The notes below the pieces were generated by a model that was not told the DNA's origin, did not search any database, and worked only from the letters and a program-made list of their open reading frames with translations. The position numbers and the translations under genes are program-made. From Pseudobdellovibrionaceae bacterium (GTDB lineage Bacteria > Bdellovibrionota > Bdellovibrionia > Bdellovibrionales > Bdellovibrionaceae): a stretch of 14,775 nt of DNA. Positions 7,861-14,775 of this stretch are shown here, in pieces. Each line of letters opens with the position of its first letter. The first letter of the stretch is position 1. The DNA is taken from contig JBDHWW010000065.1 of NCBI GenBank assembly GCA_039810425.1, positions 1 to 14,775 of the forward strand, in the 5' to 3' direction.

Positions 7861-9663
7861 ATGATGTTTTTACTGACTTCGTTATTGTTGACGACGGCGA
7901 TTGCCGCCGACAAACCGGCGTGTAATGCCAAAGCGATCACACGTGATTGCGCGTTCTTTAAAGAGCGCAAGGATCAGCAGAAAATCACTCTGCCCGATGG
8001 AACATATTACGATAATCCTCTCTATGAAGCCGCCAACAAACCGAGCTCGGGATCTGGCATGGGTATGATGTCTTCAGGTGGGAACGGCAGTGGCTTCGGC
8101 AATGGTGTCTATGGCGGCGGCATGGGGATGGCTGCAGGAGCTGGAGCGAACGAGAACTACCAGTCGATGATGGACAAGGCGCTTCGCGATCAATCAGATA
8201 TTCTGGATGTTCTCGATGGGAGCGGGCTTAGCAATGAGTTTAAACTTGCCTACAGCCAGGGGGCTGCATTCTACGCGGCTTCTCCGACGGCGGTGATTTC
8301 TTTGCCGTGGCCGCCGACGCAAAAAGGCGCGGCAAGAAAAAATCTTTCAGCAAAAGAGCTCGAGAGTTATTTAATGCAGAAGCTGGGTATGAATAAGTAC
8401 AAAGCGCTGAAGAAAGTTGTCGATGCTAAAAAAGCTCCTATCGAAAAGCAATTTTTAGAGCAGCAGAAGCTGCAACAAGAGATGCTCAAGCAACGACAAG
8501 AAGCGCAAGAGACGCAAAGAATTGAAACGGCCAATAAGAGCCGCCGTGAAGCTCGTCTGAAAGAGCTTTTCGATTACGCCAAAGAGCACGAGATTCAAAT
8601 TCTCACGCGCGGGAAGCCCGAGTCTCAGTGGAGTGATGTTGAAAAAGCAATGGTCGCCAAGCTCCGCGCCTTGAAGCTCGCCCCGATGAGTGAGTCTTCG
8701 ATCAGCTCTATTTGTATCAGTAATAGCGATAATGCTTTTTATGGGTACAATGGAACCGTGAACCTCTGTCCCGGCAAGCTTTTTAAACCCGATGTCGATG
8801 TTCTAGGAGCGATTGGCCATGAAATTGGCCATTCGATTGATCCTTGTTATTTTCAAATGCCGCAATGGACAGCTGACACTGTGAAGTTGAGTGCTTATTT
8901 GCAAGATCCTTCAGTGACTGACGAACAGAAAAAGAAAATTGAAGGTATGCTCATGCAGGGCAACCCGGTGGATTTGGATCTAAAATTTTTTGTCGACGAT
9001 GAGAAGCTTGTGGATGATCTTGTCGCAAAAGGGATTTTCACCAAAACCAGAGAAGGATTTTCGTTTGATAAGTATCCTTTCAAAGAAGAGTATAGCTGCC
9101 TCACCAAACAAACCGGTTTCCGCGAAAACACAAAAAAAGATATCAAAGAGACGGTCGATTTTTTGAAAAAGTCGGCGGCACTCAGTAGCGATCCCCAAGG
9201 AGCTAAGCTCTCGATTGATCGCTATGAAAAAGCCATCAACCAATACCCGCAATGTTTACGCTCGGTCGCTCATAACAGCCAAATGGGTGAGGTTGCCGGA
9301 GATATGATGGGCGTTCTGGTTCAGGAAAAGTATGTTTCTGAGTATCCATTTAAGAGTGAAGAAGAAAAAGTCGGGTCTTCAATGTTTGCGCGCTTTTCCT
9401 GCCGAAGCAACGAGGACAAAGATCCGGAGTCTTATTCTCCATCAACGATTTCCCGAGTCGGCCTGAGCATTCTTGAGAACGAACATCCCGCACATAGCAG
9501 TCGCGTAGATCACATCGCTTTGACCGTGCCGGGGCTTGCGGATGCCTACGGCTGTCAGAGAAAAGGCCCTGGCTGCTTTGATCATCTCAGCCTGGCCGCG
9601 CGTAAGGGGAGTGCAAGTGGTGGCGAGAGTTCTGCAACTGAATCTCAGGGAGGCCGCAAATGA
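7861..9663 (+). CDS. Secreted zinc metallopeptidase, divergent neprilysin (M13)-like gluzincin
   Basis: Sec signal (MMFLLTSLLLTTAIA-A), Gly/Met-rich linker and Q/E/K coiled coil. Then in order: DNAFY, IGHEIGHSID, CLTKQ, GEVAGD, FARFSC, HPAHSSRV and ADAYGC. The CDS is near certain; the family call is by eye. Confidence 0.75.
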   Translation: MMFLLTSLLLTTAIAADKPACNAKAITRDCAFFKERKDQQKITLPDGTYYDNPLYEAANKPSSGSGMGMMSSGGNGSGFGNGVYGGGMGMAAGAGANENYQSMMDKALRDQSDILDVLDGSGLSNEFKLAYSQGAAFYAASPTAVISLPWPPTQKGAARKNLSAKELESYLMQKLGMNKYKALKKVVDAKKAPIEKQFLEQQKLQQEMLKQRQEAQETQRIETANKSRREARLKELFDYAKEHEIQILTRGKPESQWSDVEKAMVAKLRALKLAPMSESSISSICISNSDNAFYGYNGTVNLCPGKLFKPDVDVLGAIGHEIGHSIDPCYFQMPQWTADTVKLSAYLQDPSVTDEQKKKIEGMLMQGNPVDLDLKFFVDDEKLVDDLVAKGIFTKTREGFSFDKYPFKEEYSCLTKQTGFRENTKKDIKETVDFLKKSAALSSDPQGAKLSIDRYEKAINQYPQCLRSVAHNSQMGEVAGDMMGVLVQEKYVSEYPFKSEEEKVGSSMFARFSCRSNEDKDPESYSPSTISRVGLSILENEHPAHSSRVDHIALTVPGLADAYGCQRKGPGCFDHLSLAARKGSASGGESSATESQGGRK

Positions 9664-10070
9664 AATGGTTTTTACTAGTGAGCATGCTGTTTTCTTCAGG
9701 CGCGCTGGCGGCACCGAAATTTTATATGGGACTCAATGCGGGCAAAGGCTCGGCGCTTTGGCTTGATCAGCGCTCTGTCGGCGGGAAGAAGATTCAAACA
9801 CTGGGTTTTCGGTCCTCTGAAAACAAAGTCCTTGAGCGGGCACTGCCAGCTTCAGAATATCAGCGTATTGCTTCTGCGATGCAAACTTGGATGACAGCCA
9901 AAGATCAAAGACGAATTGCGATGGCAGGGCCGGGATGTGTTGAGGCCGTGCTGTTTGAAGCCAATTCTAAAATGAAGTTTGTCTGTTTTGATAGAGTCAG
10001 TAAGGCGAACAAAGTCAAATTCAGCCGCTGGTACACGGACACCGTGCACACAGCGCTGGGAATTTTCTAA
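9660..10070 (+). CDS. Small secreted basic hypothetical protein
   Basis: Signal peptide MKWFLLVSMLFSSGALA-A, SD GGAGG at 9649-9653, ATGA overlap with the upstream peptidase stop, and two Cys. Confidence 0.8.
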   Translation: MKWFLLVSMLFSSGALAAPKFYMGLNAGKGSALWLDQRSVGGKKIQTLGFRSSENKVLERALPASEYQRIASAMQTWMTAKDQRRIAMAGPGCVEAVLFEANSKMKFVCFDRVSKANKVKFSRWYTDTVHTALGIF

Positions 10071-10441
10071 GGAGCGGCTTCGAAGTAGACCGTTTTGTAG
10101 TTACGGTTACGGAGTTGCTCGAGGACGTAAGGCAGAGCCTTCACGCCGGCTGGATGCGTTTCATACATCAGGAACAAGCCGCGGTTGTATTTATCAAACA
10201 TCCCCACTGCCGTGTTCAGAGCGACGTTGCCATCCTGAGTTTCAGAATCCTTCATCGACATAGACCAGTGGAAGTTCGCAAGATTGCGGGCCTTCAACAA
10301 GGCTTGCAGTCTTGGCACGCTCGCGCCCGCACCGTAAGGGAAGCGGAAGAACGGCTGAATACGATAGTTGTGACCTGGTTCTGCGTCATTGAGTTCTTTG
10401 GCGATCTTTTGCAGAAGGGCGTTGGTTTTATCGATTCCTTT
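10067..10441 (-). pseudogene. 5'-truncated polysaccharide/peptidoglycan deacetylase (CE4/NodB) remnant
   Basis: The frame is open for 124 codons from 10441: KGIDKTNALLQKIAKELNDAEPGHNYRIQPFFRFPYGAGASVPRLQ...HWSMSMKDS...GLFLMYETH...ALPYVLEQLRNRNYKTV. Has CE4 motif 3 (FRFPYG), a motif-4-like segment and motif 5 with LMH changed to LMY. Motifs 1 (TFDDG) and 2 (HxxxH) are absent, and there is no start codon upstream of motif 3. Confidence 0.8.
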
Positions 10442-12655
10442 TTAGAAGTAAGAGTCCGCCCAGTCAATCAGAGTGCTGTTGATCCACGAGATCTGTTCCT
10501 CTTGAGTGATTTTGCGGCCACCTTCATTGATAAATCTTTGGATTTGCGCCCGCAATCTCAGGGCGGTTTTCTTGTGCAGGATCAGAACGCCGCTTTCCAC
10601 GTCGTGCAAGAAGCTACGACGATTCAAGTTCACGCTGCTGACAAAGCCCATTTTGCGGTCTACGACGAACATCTTCGCGTGCATGATCGAATACTTATCC
10701 GTCCACTCATAGATATCGACGTTCTTGAGCAGGCGATTGATACCCTGTTTGTTGACGTCCTCTGCGATTTGTGGAACGCCGTCGCCGGCCAAGTGAATAC
10801 GGGTCAAAACCTGGATCTTCACACCACGAGCCGCCGCACGGTCAAAGGCTGCGGCGATTGCAACAGACGGGCGAAAGTATGGAGTCGTAATCATGATCTC
10901 GGAGCGAGACGAGTCGATCATCTGAACGTAGAATTTTTCAAGTTGATACCCGTCAAAGTAAGGCAACGACAACAAGTGACGGATCATCGGTGTCTTGTTT
11001 GGCAGAGCCAGAAGCTGACTAGACTCGTTGTTACTGGCCACCTTAGGGACATTAATTGTGGTAGAGCGGAAGCTTTGATTAGATGGATCACGCATCCAGA
11101 ACGCAATCATCTGGCTAAGTACGGACTTTATGAACTCCTGGCCGCGGATTAGAACTTCGAAATCACGGTAGAAGATGAAAGCTTCTTCGCCGTCACCATA
11201 GCTCTTGAGTGACGAATAGGCTCTGTAGACCGGTGCTTCTTTAAACAAGTAGGAATCACGGATATTGCGGCCACCGGTAACCAGGAAACTCGCTTTTGAA
11301 TTCGCTGACGAGTACCCAATTAAAAGCTTGGTGTGGCTCACGCGATGGAAGCGGTCGAGCCAAGTGCCATCCTTGCCGTCTGAGAGGTGATACTGATAGT
11401 ACTGCACTTTGACGTTCGGAGTACCTCGTTGCAGTTCTTCGAGGATCGCTTTGTCTTTCCGCTTCATCGTGGCTTCAGCTGTCAGGATACGAATCTGTGT
11501 GCCACGTTCCGCATGATAGCGAAGCGCGCGAGAAAGAATCGACCCATAGAAGTCCGCGGAATAGTTCAAGGAAGAAACCCAGATTACGTCAAGCTTTGGC
11601 GCCTTCGTGAAATCGAGCTGGGCCATTGGGTTCTTGTGGTCAAAATCCTTCTTTTTCAGAGGGGAGCCGGTCAACGCCAAGATCCTTTGATTGATGGAGT
11701 TATAAGGATCATCAAGGTTCACCAACTCATCGTAGGTCTCGGTGCAGCTTGAGAAATTAAAATTCTGCCGCCAGAAAAAAGCAGAGACGGCATCTTCCAT
11801 TGAGCCTGTCGGGCGGGCGCAGATCTCTGTTTGGGTGCTGAGTTTGTAGTAGTCGATGTTTGTTGTTAGCAGGTCTACCAAAGACATGCTGTGAGTCCAG
11901 GTTTTGGAAACCAATGGATTATAGAAGTACAATTGGCAGCGAGAAACGCCTGGTGTGAACTGAACGCTGACGTTCTGGCCGGTTTGTTCGTTGTAGTACC
12001 AATTGAATTCGTAAACAGGGCTGCGTATTTGGTTTTCGAAGAATAAAAAGCTCTTGTTGTAAACCATATCGCCATCGCACTCGAGACGCGCTTTCAGATA
12101 GTACTGACGATTGTCTCTTTCATTGTTTATGTCTTTGCCAGGGTAAGGCAGCATGTTTTTGAGTCGAAGGGAGTAGTTGGCGTAAAAACGGTGTTCCAGT
12201 GGAAACGGCTGCAGCGGTGGATTCGTCAACGCGTAGTCTTTGAGCTGCTTCATTTCAAAAACTTCTTCTTTCACGGAACGGCGGTCGTGGAACGAGGTTT
12301 CGAACCACGCGCCGATTCCATTCCAAGTCTCTAATTGCAATTTTGCCGAGAGTTCGTCGACGAGATTTTGTCTTTCGGCACGTAAACGCTCAACTGTCGC
12401 GCGGTTTTCTGGATTGTTCAAGATGTCGCGATCATAGACAGGTTTTACCAGGGTTGATTGCGGGTTCAATTGGTAGGATTTTTGGTCTGTTTTCCAGTCA
12501 TTGTTCCAATACTGCGAGAGTTGCAAATCAATTTCTTGAATGCGATTTACACGATCATTATCAAATGTTGCGGAGCTGGGAGCGCGATCCGCACTCGTGC
12601 AAGAAAATGAAGCAAACGCCCACAAAAGGAGTAAAGAAACCGGAGTTAATTTCAT
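10442..12655 (-). CDS. Phospholipase D superfamily lipoprotein (cardiolipin synthase ClsC-like C-terminal region plus large N-terminal domain)
   Basis: Lipoprotein-like signal MKLTPVSLLLLWAFASFS-C. First motif HTKLLIGY...TGGRNIRDSY (11335-11312); second motif HAKMFVVD...SSVNLNRRS...ESG (10681-10658). Also ITTPYFRP and AAARGVKIQVL. Confidence 0.9.
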   Translation of the reverse strand: MKLTPVSLLLLWAFASFSCTSADRAPSSATFDNDRVNRIQEIDLQLSQYWNNDWKTDQKSYQLNPQSTLVKPVYDRDILNNPENRATVERLRAERQNLVDELSAKLQLETWNGIGAWFETSFHDRRSVKEEVFEMKQLKDYALTNPPLQPFPLEHRFYANYSLRLKNMLPYPGKDINNERDNRQYYLKARLECDGDMVYNKSFLFFENQIRSPVYEFNWYYNEQTGQNVSVQFTPGVSRCQLYFYNPLVSKTWTHSMSLVDLLTTNIDYYKLSTQTEICARPTGSMEDAVSAFFWRQNFNFSSCTETYDELVNLDDPYNSINQRILALTGSPLKKKDFDHKNPMAQLDFTKAPKLDVIWVSSLNYSADFYGSILSRALRYHAERGTQIRILTAEATMKRKDKAILEELQRGTPNVKVQYYQYHLSDGKDGTWLDRFHRVSHTKLLIGYSSANSKASFLVTGGRNIRDSYLFKEAPVYRAYSSLKSYGDGEEAFIFYRDFEVLIRGQEFIKSVLSQMIAFWMRDPSNQSFRSTTINVPKVASNNESSQLLALPNKTPMIRHLLSLPYFDGYQLEKFYVQMIDSSRSEIMITTPYFRPSVAIAAAFDRAAARGVKIQVLTRIHLAGDGVPQIAEDVNKQGINRLLKNVDIYEWTDKYSIMHAKMFVVDRKMGFVSSVNLNRRSFLHDVESGVLILHKKTALRLRAQIQRFINEGGRKITQEEQISWINSTLIDWADSYF

Positions 12656-12662
12656 AAGTTAC

Positions 12663-12690
12663 TCATCGGGGCGTTGGCAATGAACATTGA
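12663..12690 (-). promoter_or_regulatory. Possible sigma-28-type promoter giving a leaderless PLD transcript
   Basis: Minus strand TCAA(12690-12687)-N16-CCCGATGA(12670-12663), 7 nt before ATG12655. No SD present. Confidence 0.45.
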
Positions 12691-12802
12691 GGTCCAGATC
12701 TACTCTCTATACCGCTGGGTTTTTACGTGGACGAAGGTCTAGCTTTTGGGAAAATAGTTATCAAAAAAGTGAACCGTTTGGTTAACTCTTAGTGTGTGAG
12801 TT

Positions 12803-13606
12803 ATGTCTATCTATCAATTCGATGACTATAAAAACTTTTTTAATCATTGGGTGTCGTCCCTCCCTAAGCAAGGCCACGGTGAATATCGCCGAGTGGCCTC
12901 GGCGCTCAATGTTTCGACAACGATGATTAGTCAGGTCTTTAAAGGGGATAAAGAACTCAGTCTGGAGCTAGCCTGCGACCTCTGTGAGTATCTCAACATG
13001 TCAGAGGACGAAACCGATTACTTCATATTACTGGTTGAGCATCGTCGCGCAGGTTCAGTCAAACTCCAGAAGCGTCTGGGGAAGCAGATCAAAGACCGCA
13101 AAGAAAAAGCCCAAAAACTTGAAAACCGTCTGAAGAAAGAGACCGAGCTGACAGAAGAGCAGCGCGCGGTTTTCTATTCAAGCTGGATCTATAGCGGCGT
13201 CCGCATTCTTGCTTCGTGCGATGACTTCAACGATGCTGCGGCCATCGCACAAAGATTGAATTTGCCGCGCAATCAAGTGCAGAGGGTTTTGGATTTCCTT
13301 CTCGGCAATGGTTTGCTGACCCAAAACAAGGGTCAGCTGGCGCTCGGGCAGACAAAGACGTTCATCGGCTCTTCAAACTTGCTAACGGTGAAGCATCATC
13401 AGAACTGGCGCCTGCAGGGCTTTAACCGCATGGTTCAGGACGACGGTAAGAATCTGTTCTATACAGGCCCCATGAGCCTTTCGCACGAAGTCGCTGAGAA
13501 GCTTCGTCAGGATCTCTCGAACCTGCTGGATAATGTCTTTAAGGTCGTTCCGCCTTCAGCTTCTGAGACGACACGTTGTCTGAATATCGATTGGTTCGAG
13601 TTCTAA
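12803..13606 (+). CDS. TIGR02147/DUF4423-like protein with N-terminal XRE-type helix-turn-helix
   Basis: Family-typical IYQFDDYKNF start, HTH (RRVASALNVSTTMISQVFKGDKELS), FYSSWIY, KHHQNWR and C-terminal CLNIDWF. 267 aa. Confidence 0.8.
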   Translation: MSIYQFDDYKNFFNHWVSSLPKQGHGEYRRVASALNVSTTMISQVFKGDKELSLELACDLCEYLNMSEDETDYFILLVEHRRAGSVKLQKRLGKQIKDRKEKAQKLENRLKKETELTEEQRAVFYSSWIYSGVRILASCDDFNDAAAIAQRLNLPRNQVQRVLDFLLGNGLLTQNKGQLALGQTKTFIGSSNLLTVKHHQNWRLQGFNRMVQDDGKNLFYTGPMSLSHEVAEKLRQDLSNLLDNVFKVVPPSASETTRCLNIDWFEF

Positions 13607-13623
13607 AATTCGAATCGCAGAAG

Positions 13624-14424
13624 CTATTTAGCATACCTGCGGAATCCGCGTGCAGCCATGTAGTCTTCGAGCTCTTGCGGGTCGAAAGAATCGATTCTTG
13701 TGAGCAAAGTGCTTGTGATATCGCGGATCGTTTCATAGTCGTAATCTTCGAGCTTGATATCTTTGCCCAAGCCGATGTTATCACCGATATCCGAAGCATT
13801 GCGGTACTTTTTAAAGCAATCGCGACGAGCCTCTTTGTACTTGTCTTCGTTGTCAGGTACCAATCTCATGATCGAGATATTCAGTAAGCACTGGTCTAGA
13901 AGATTTGTAAACTCAAGGAGGCGGACCCCCATGATGAGTTCATGAAGAACCAGAGTCTTTTGTTCATGCGGAGCCATCTTTGAGAAGAGCAAGTCATTCA
14001 CCCAAACCTCTTTCAGCTTTTGCAACGCGATTTGATCGGTTTTGAAGCTGACACCGATACGAGCCGCAGGGAGATTGCGGAGTTCTGTCGGAATCAAGTA
14101 CCACGCACGTTCTTCAGAAATATGCATCAAGTCTGCTGCAAGTTTCGGGAAGCGCACGATCAGTTTGTTAAGCACTTCTTTTTGTACAAGCTGGAAAGAC
14201 GTTTGTTTTGAAAGATCCACGCGGAAGCTCTCGAGCGGTTTACCGTCAAGACCGTTACCACCGCCACCGCCGTCAATGCCGCCCGCTTGGTGACTCGGAG
14301 GAACAGGCAAGCCTGTGCCATTCTCGTTCACGTAGTGCTTCTCTACAACGGTCTCTTTGCTGCCTTGGCAGGCCGCCAGACCGAGAAGCATTAGAATGTT
14401 GAAAAGGACGTACCACTTTTTCAT
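13624..14424 (-). CDS. Lipoprotein with GGIDGGGGGNG motif and incomplete zincin-like LVLHE helix
   Basis: Lipobox LAA-C after MKKW plus a hydrophobic core. Contains GGIDGGGGGNG and EQKTLVLHELIMG. Confidence 0.85.
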   Translation of the reverse strand: MKKWYVLFNILMLLGLAACQGSKETVVEKHYVNENGTGLPVPPSHQAGGIDGGGGGNGLDGKPLESFRVDLSKQTSFQLVQKEVLNKLIVRFPKLAADLMHISEERAWYLIPTELRNLPAARIGVSFKTDQIALQKLKEVWVNDLLFSKMAPHEQKTLVLHELIMGVRLLEFTNLLDQCLLNISIMRLVPDNEDKYKEARRDCFKKYRNASDIGDNIGLGKDIKLEDYDYETIRDITSTLLTRIDSFDPQELEDYMAARGFRRYAK

Positions 14425-14430
14425 TTTATT

Positions 14431-14775
14431 TTATCTCGTGACAAAGACTTGTTTTTGCAGCGTTGTGAGGTTGTAAACTTCTTCCGTCAAAGTTCCTTTT
14501 TTATCTATGCTTTGCAAAACAAGCTGGTTACTGCCGAAATCCAAATAGCCTTGAGATTTAACGGATCTTTCAGTGCGGCCTTGGGTTCCAAATTCTACTT
14601 CGACATCTTTCATGAAGTAAATCGGCTTTGCTGAACTGACTTGAGCCTGCGGTGCTTTCACCGTCAGGCACATGTCGCCCTTGCTTGCGCAGTTCTGGAT
14701 ATAGTGGACCCCGAAAACTGGACAGGTTGCTAAGATAGAGAAAACGTGTTTTGGTGACTGGTCCTGAAAGGGGTA
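14431..14775 (-). CDS. 3' part of a hypothetical protein continuing beyond the window
   Basis: The frame of the 14431..14673 ORF stays open to the window edge (YPFQDQSPKHVFSILATCPVFGVHYIQNCASKGDMCLTV...). Its stop is 6 nt before the lipoprotein ATG, suggesting an operon. Confidence 0.65.
   Translation of the reverse strand, partial: YPFQDQSPKHVFSILATCPVFGVHYIQNCASKGDMCLTVKAPQAQVSSAKPIYFMKDVEVEFGTQGRTERSVKSQGYLDFGSNQLVLQSIDKKGTLTEEVYNLTTLQKQVFVTR

Noticed and set aside
7656..7970. 104-aa minus-strand ORF across the divergent promoter region
   Set aside because: Overlaps the peptidase signal-peptide region in antisense and runs through promoter elements and an A-tract.
8040..8150. Gly/Met/Ser-rich stretch as a DNA tandem repeat
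   Set aside because: Codons vary; it is protein-level low complexity, not a nucleotide repeat array.
10067..10318. 83-aa ORF as an intact small gene starting at GTG10318
   Set aside because: CE4 homology (FRFPYG) continues upstream of the GTG and there is no SD, so it is treated as part of a truncated gene.
10115..11152. 345-aa + strand ORF spanning the CE4 remnant and PLD 3' end
   Set aside because: Antisense shadow of the two in-frame minus-strand coding regions, with no motifs or credible SD.
10442..13606. PLD plus HTH gene as an anti-phage defence or restriction system
   Set aside because: The PLD has an export/lipoprotein signal and Cls-like motifs, and no helicase, methylase or defence-type ATPase lies next to it.
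1..14775. CRISPR array, rRNA/tRNA, transposase, integrase or prophage genes
   Set aside because: No regularly spaced direct repeats or corresponding protein motifs were seen by eye.

Overview
A chromosomal window that looks like a predatory Bdellovibrio-type bacterium (Bdellovibrionota). This is inferred from a TIGR02147/DUF4423-like HTH protein, a GGxDGGGG lipoprotein, FliA-type promoters and many secreted hypotheticals. The left half is housekeeping and stress genes: an ankyrin-catalase (ankB-katA) operon behind overlapping OxyR-like boxes and a sigma-28 promoter, converging on an M3 peptidase-nadK-recN operon, with a structured non-terminator element between them. The right half is exported or accessory genes: a Cys/Tyr/Gly/Asn-rich lipoprotein with a sigma-54-like promoter; a divergent secreted neprilysin (M13)-like zinc peptidase translationally coupled to a small secreted protein (possible enzyme/inhibitor pair); a headless CE4 polysaccharide-deacetylase remnant in frame directly after the stop codon of a large lipoprotein phospholipase D; a TIGR02147-like regulator; and two further hypothetical genes, the last running off the window. 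No tRNA, rRNA, CRISPR array or transposase was seen. All family assignments come from motifs recognised by eye, not from database searches.
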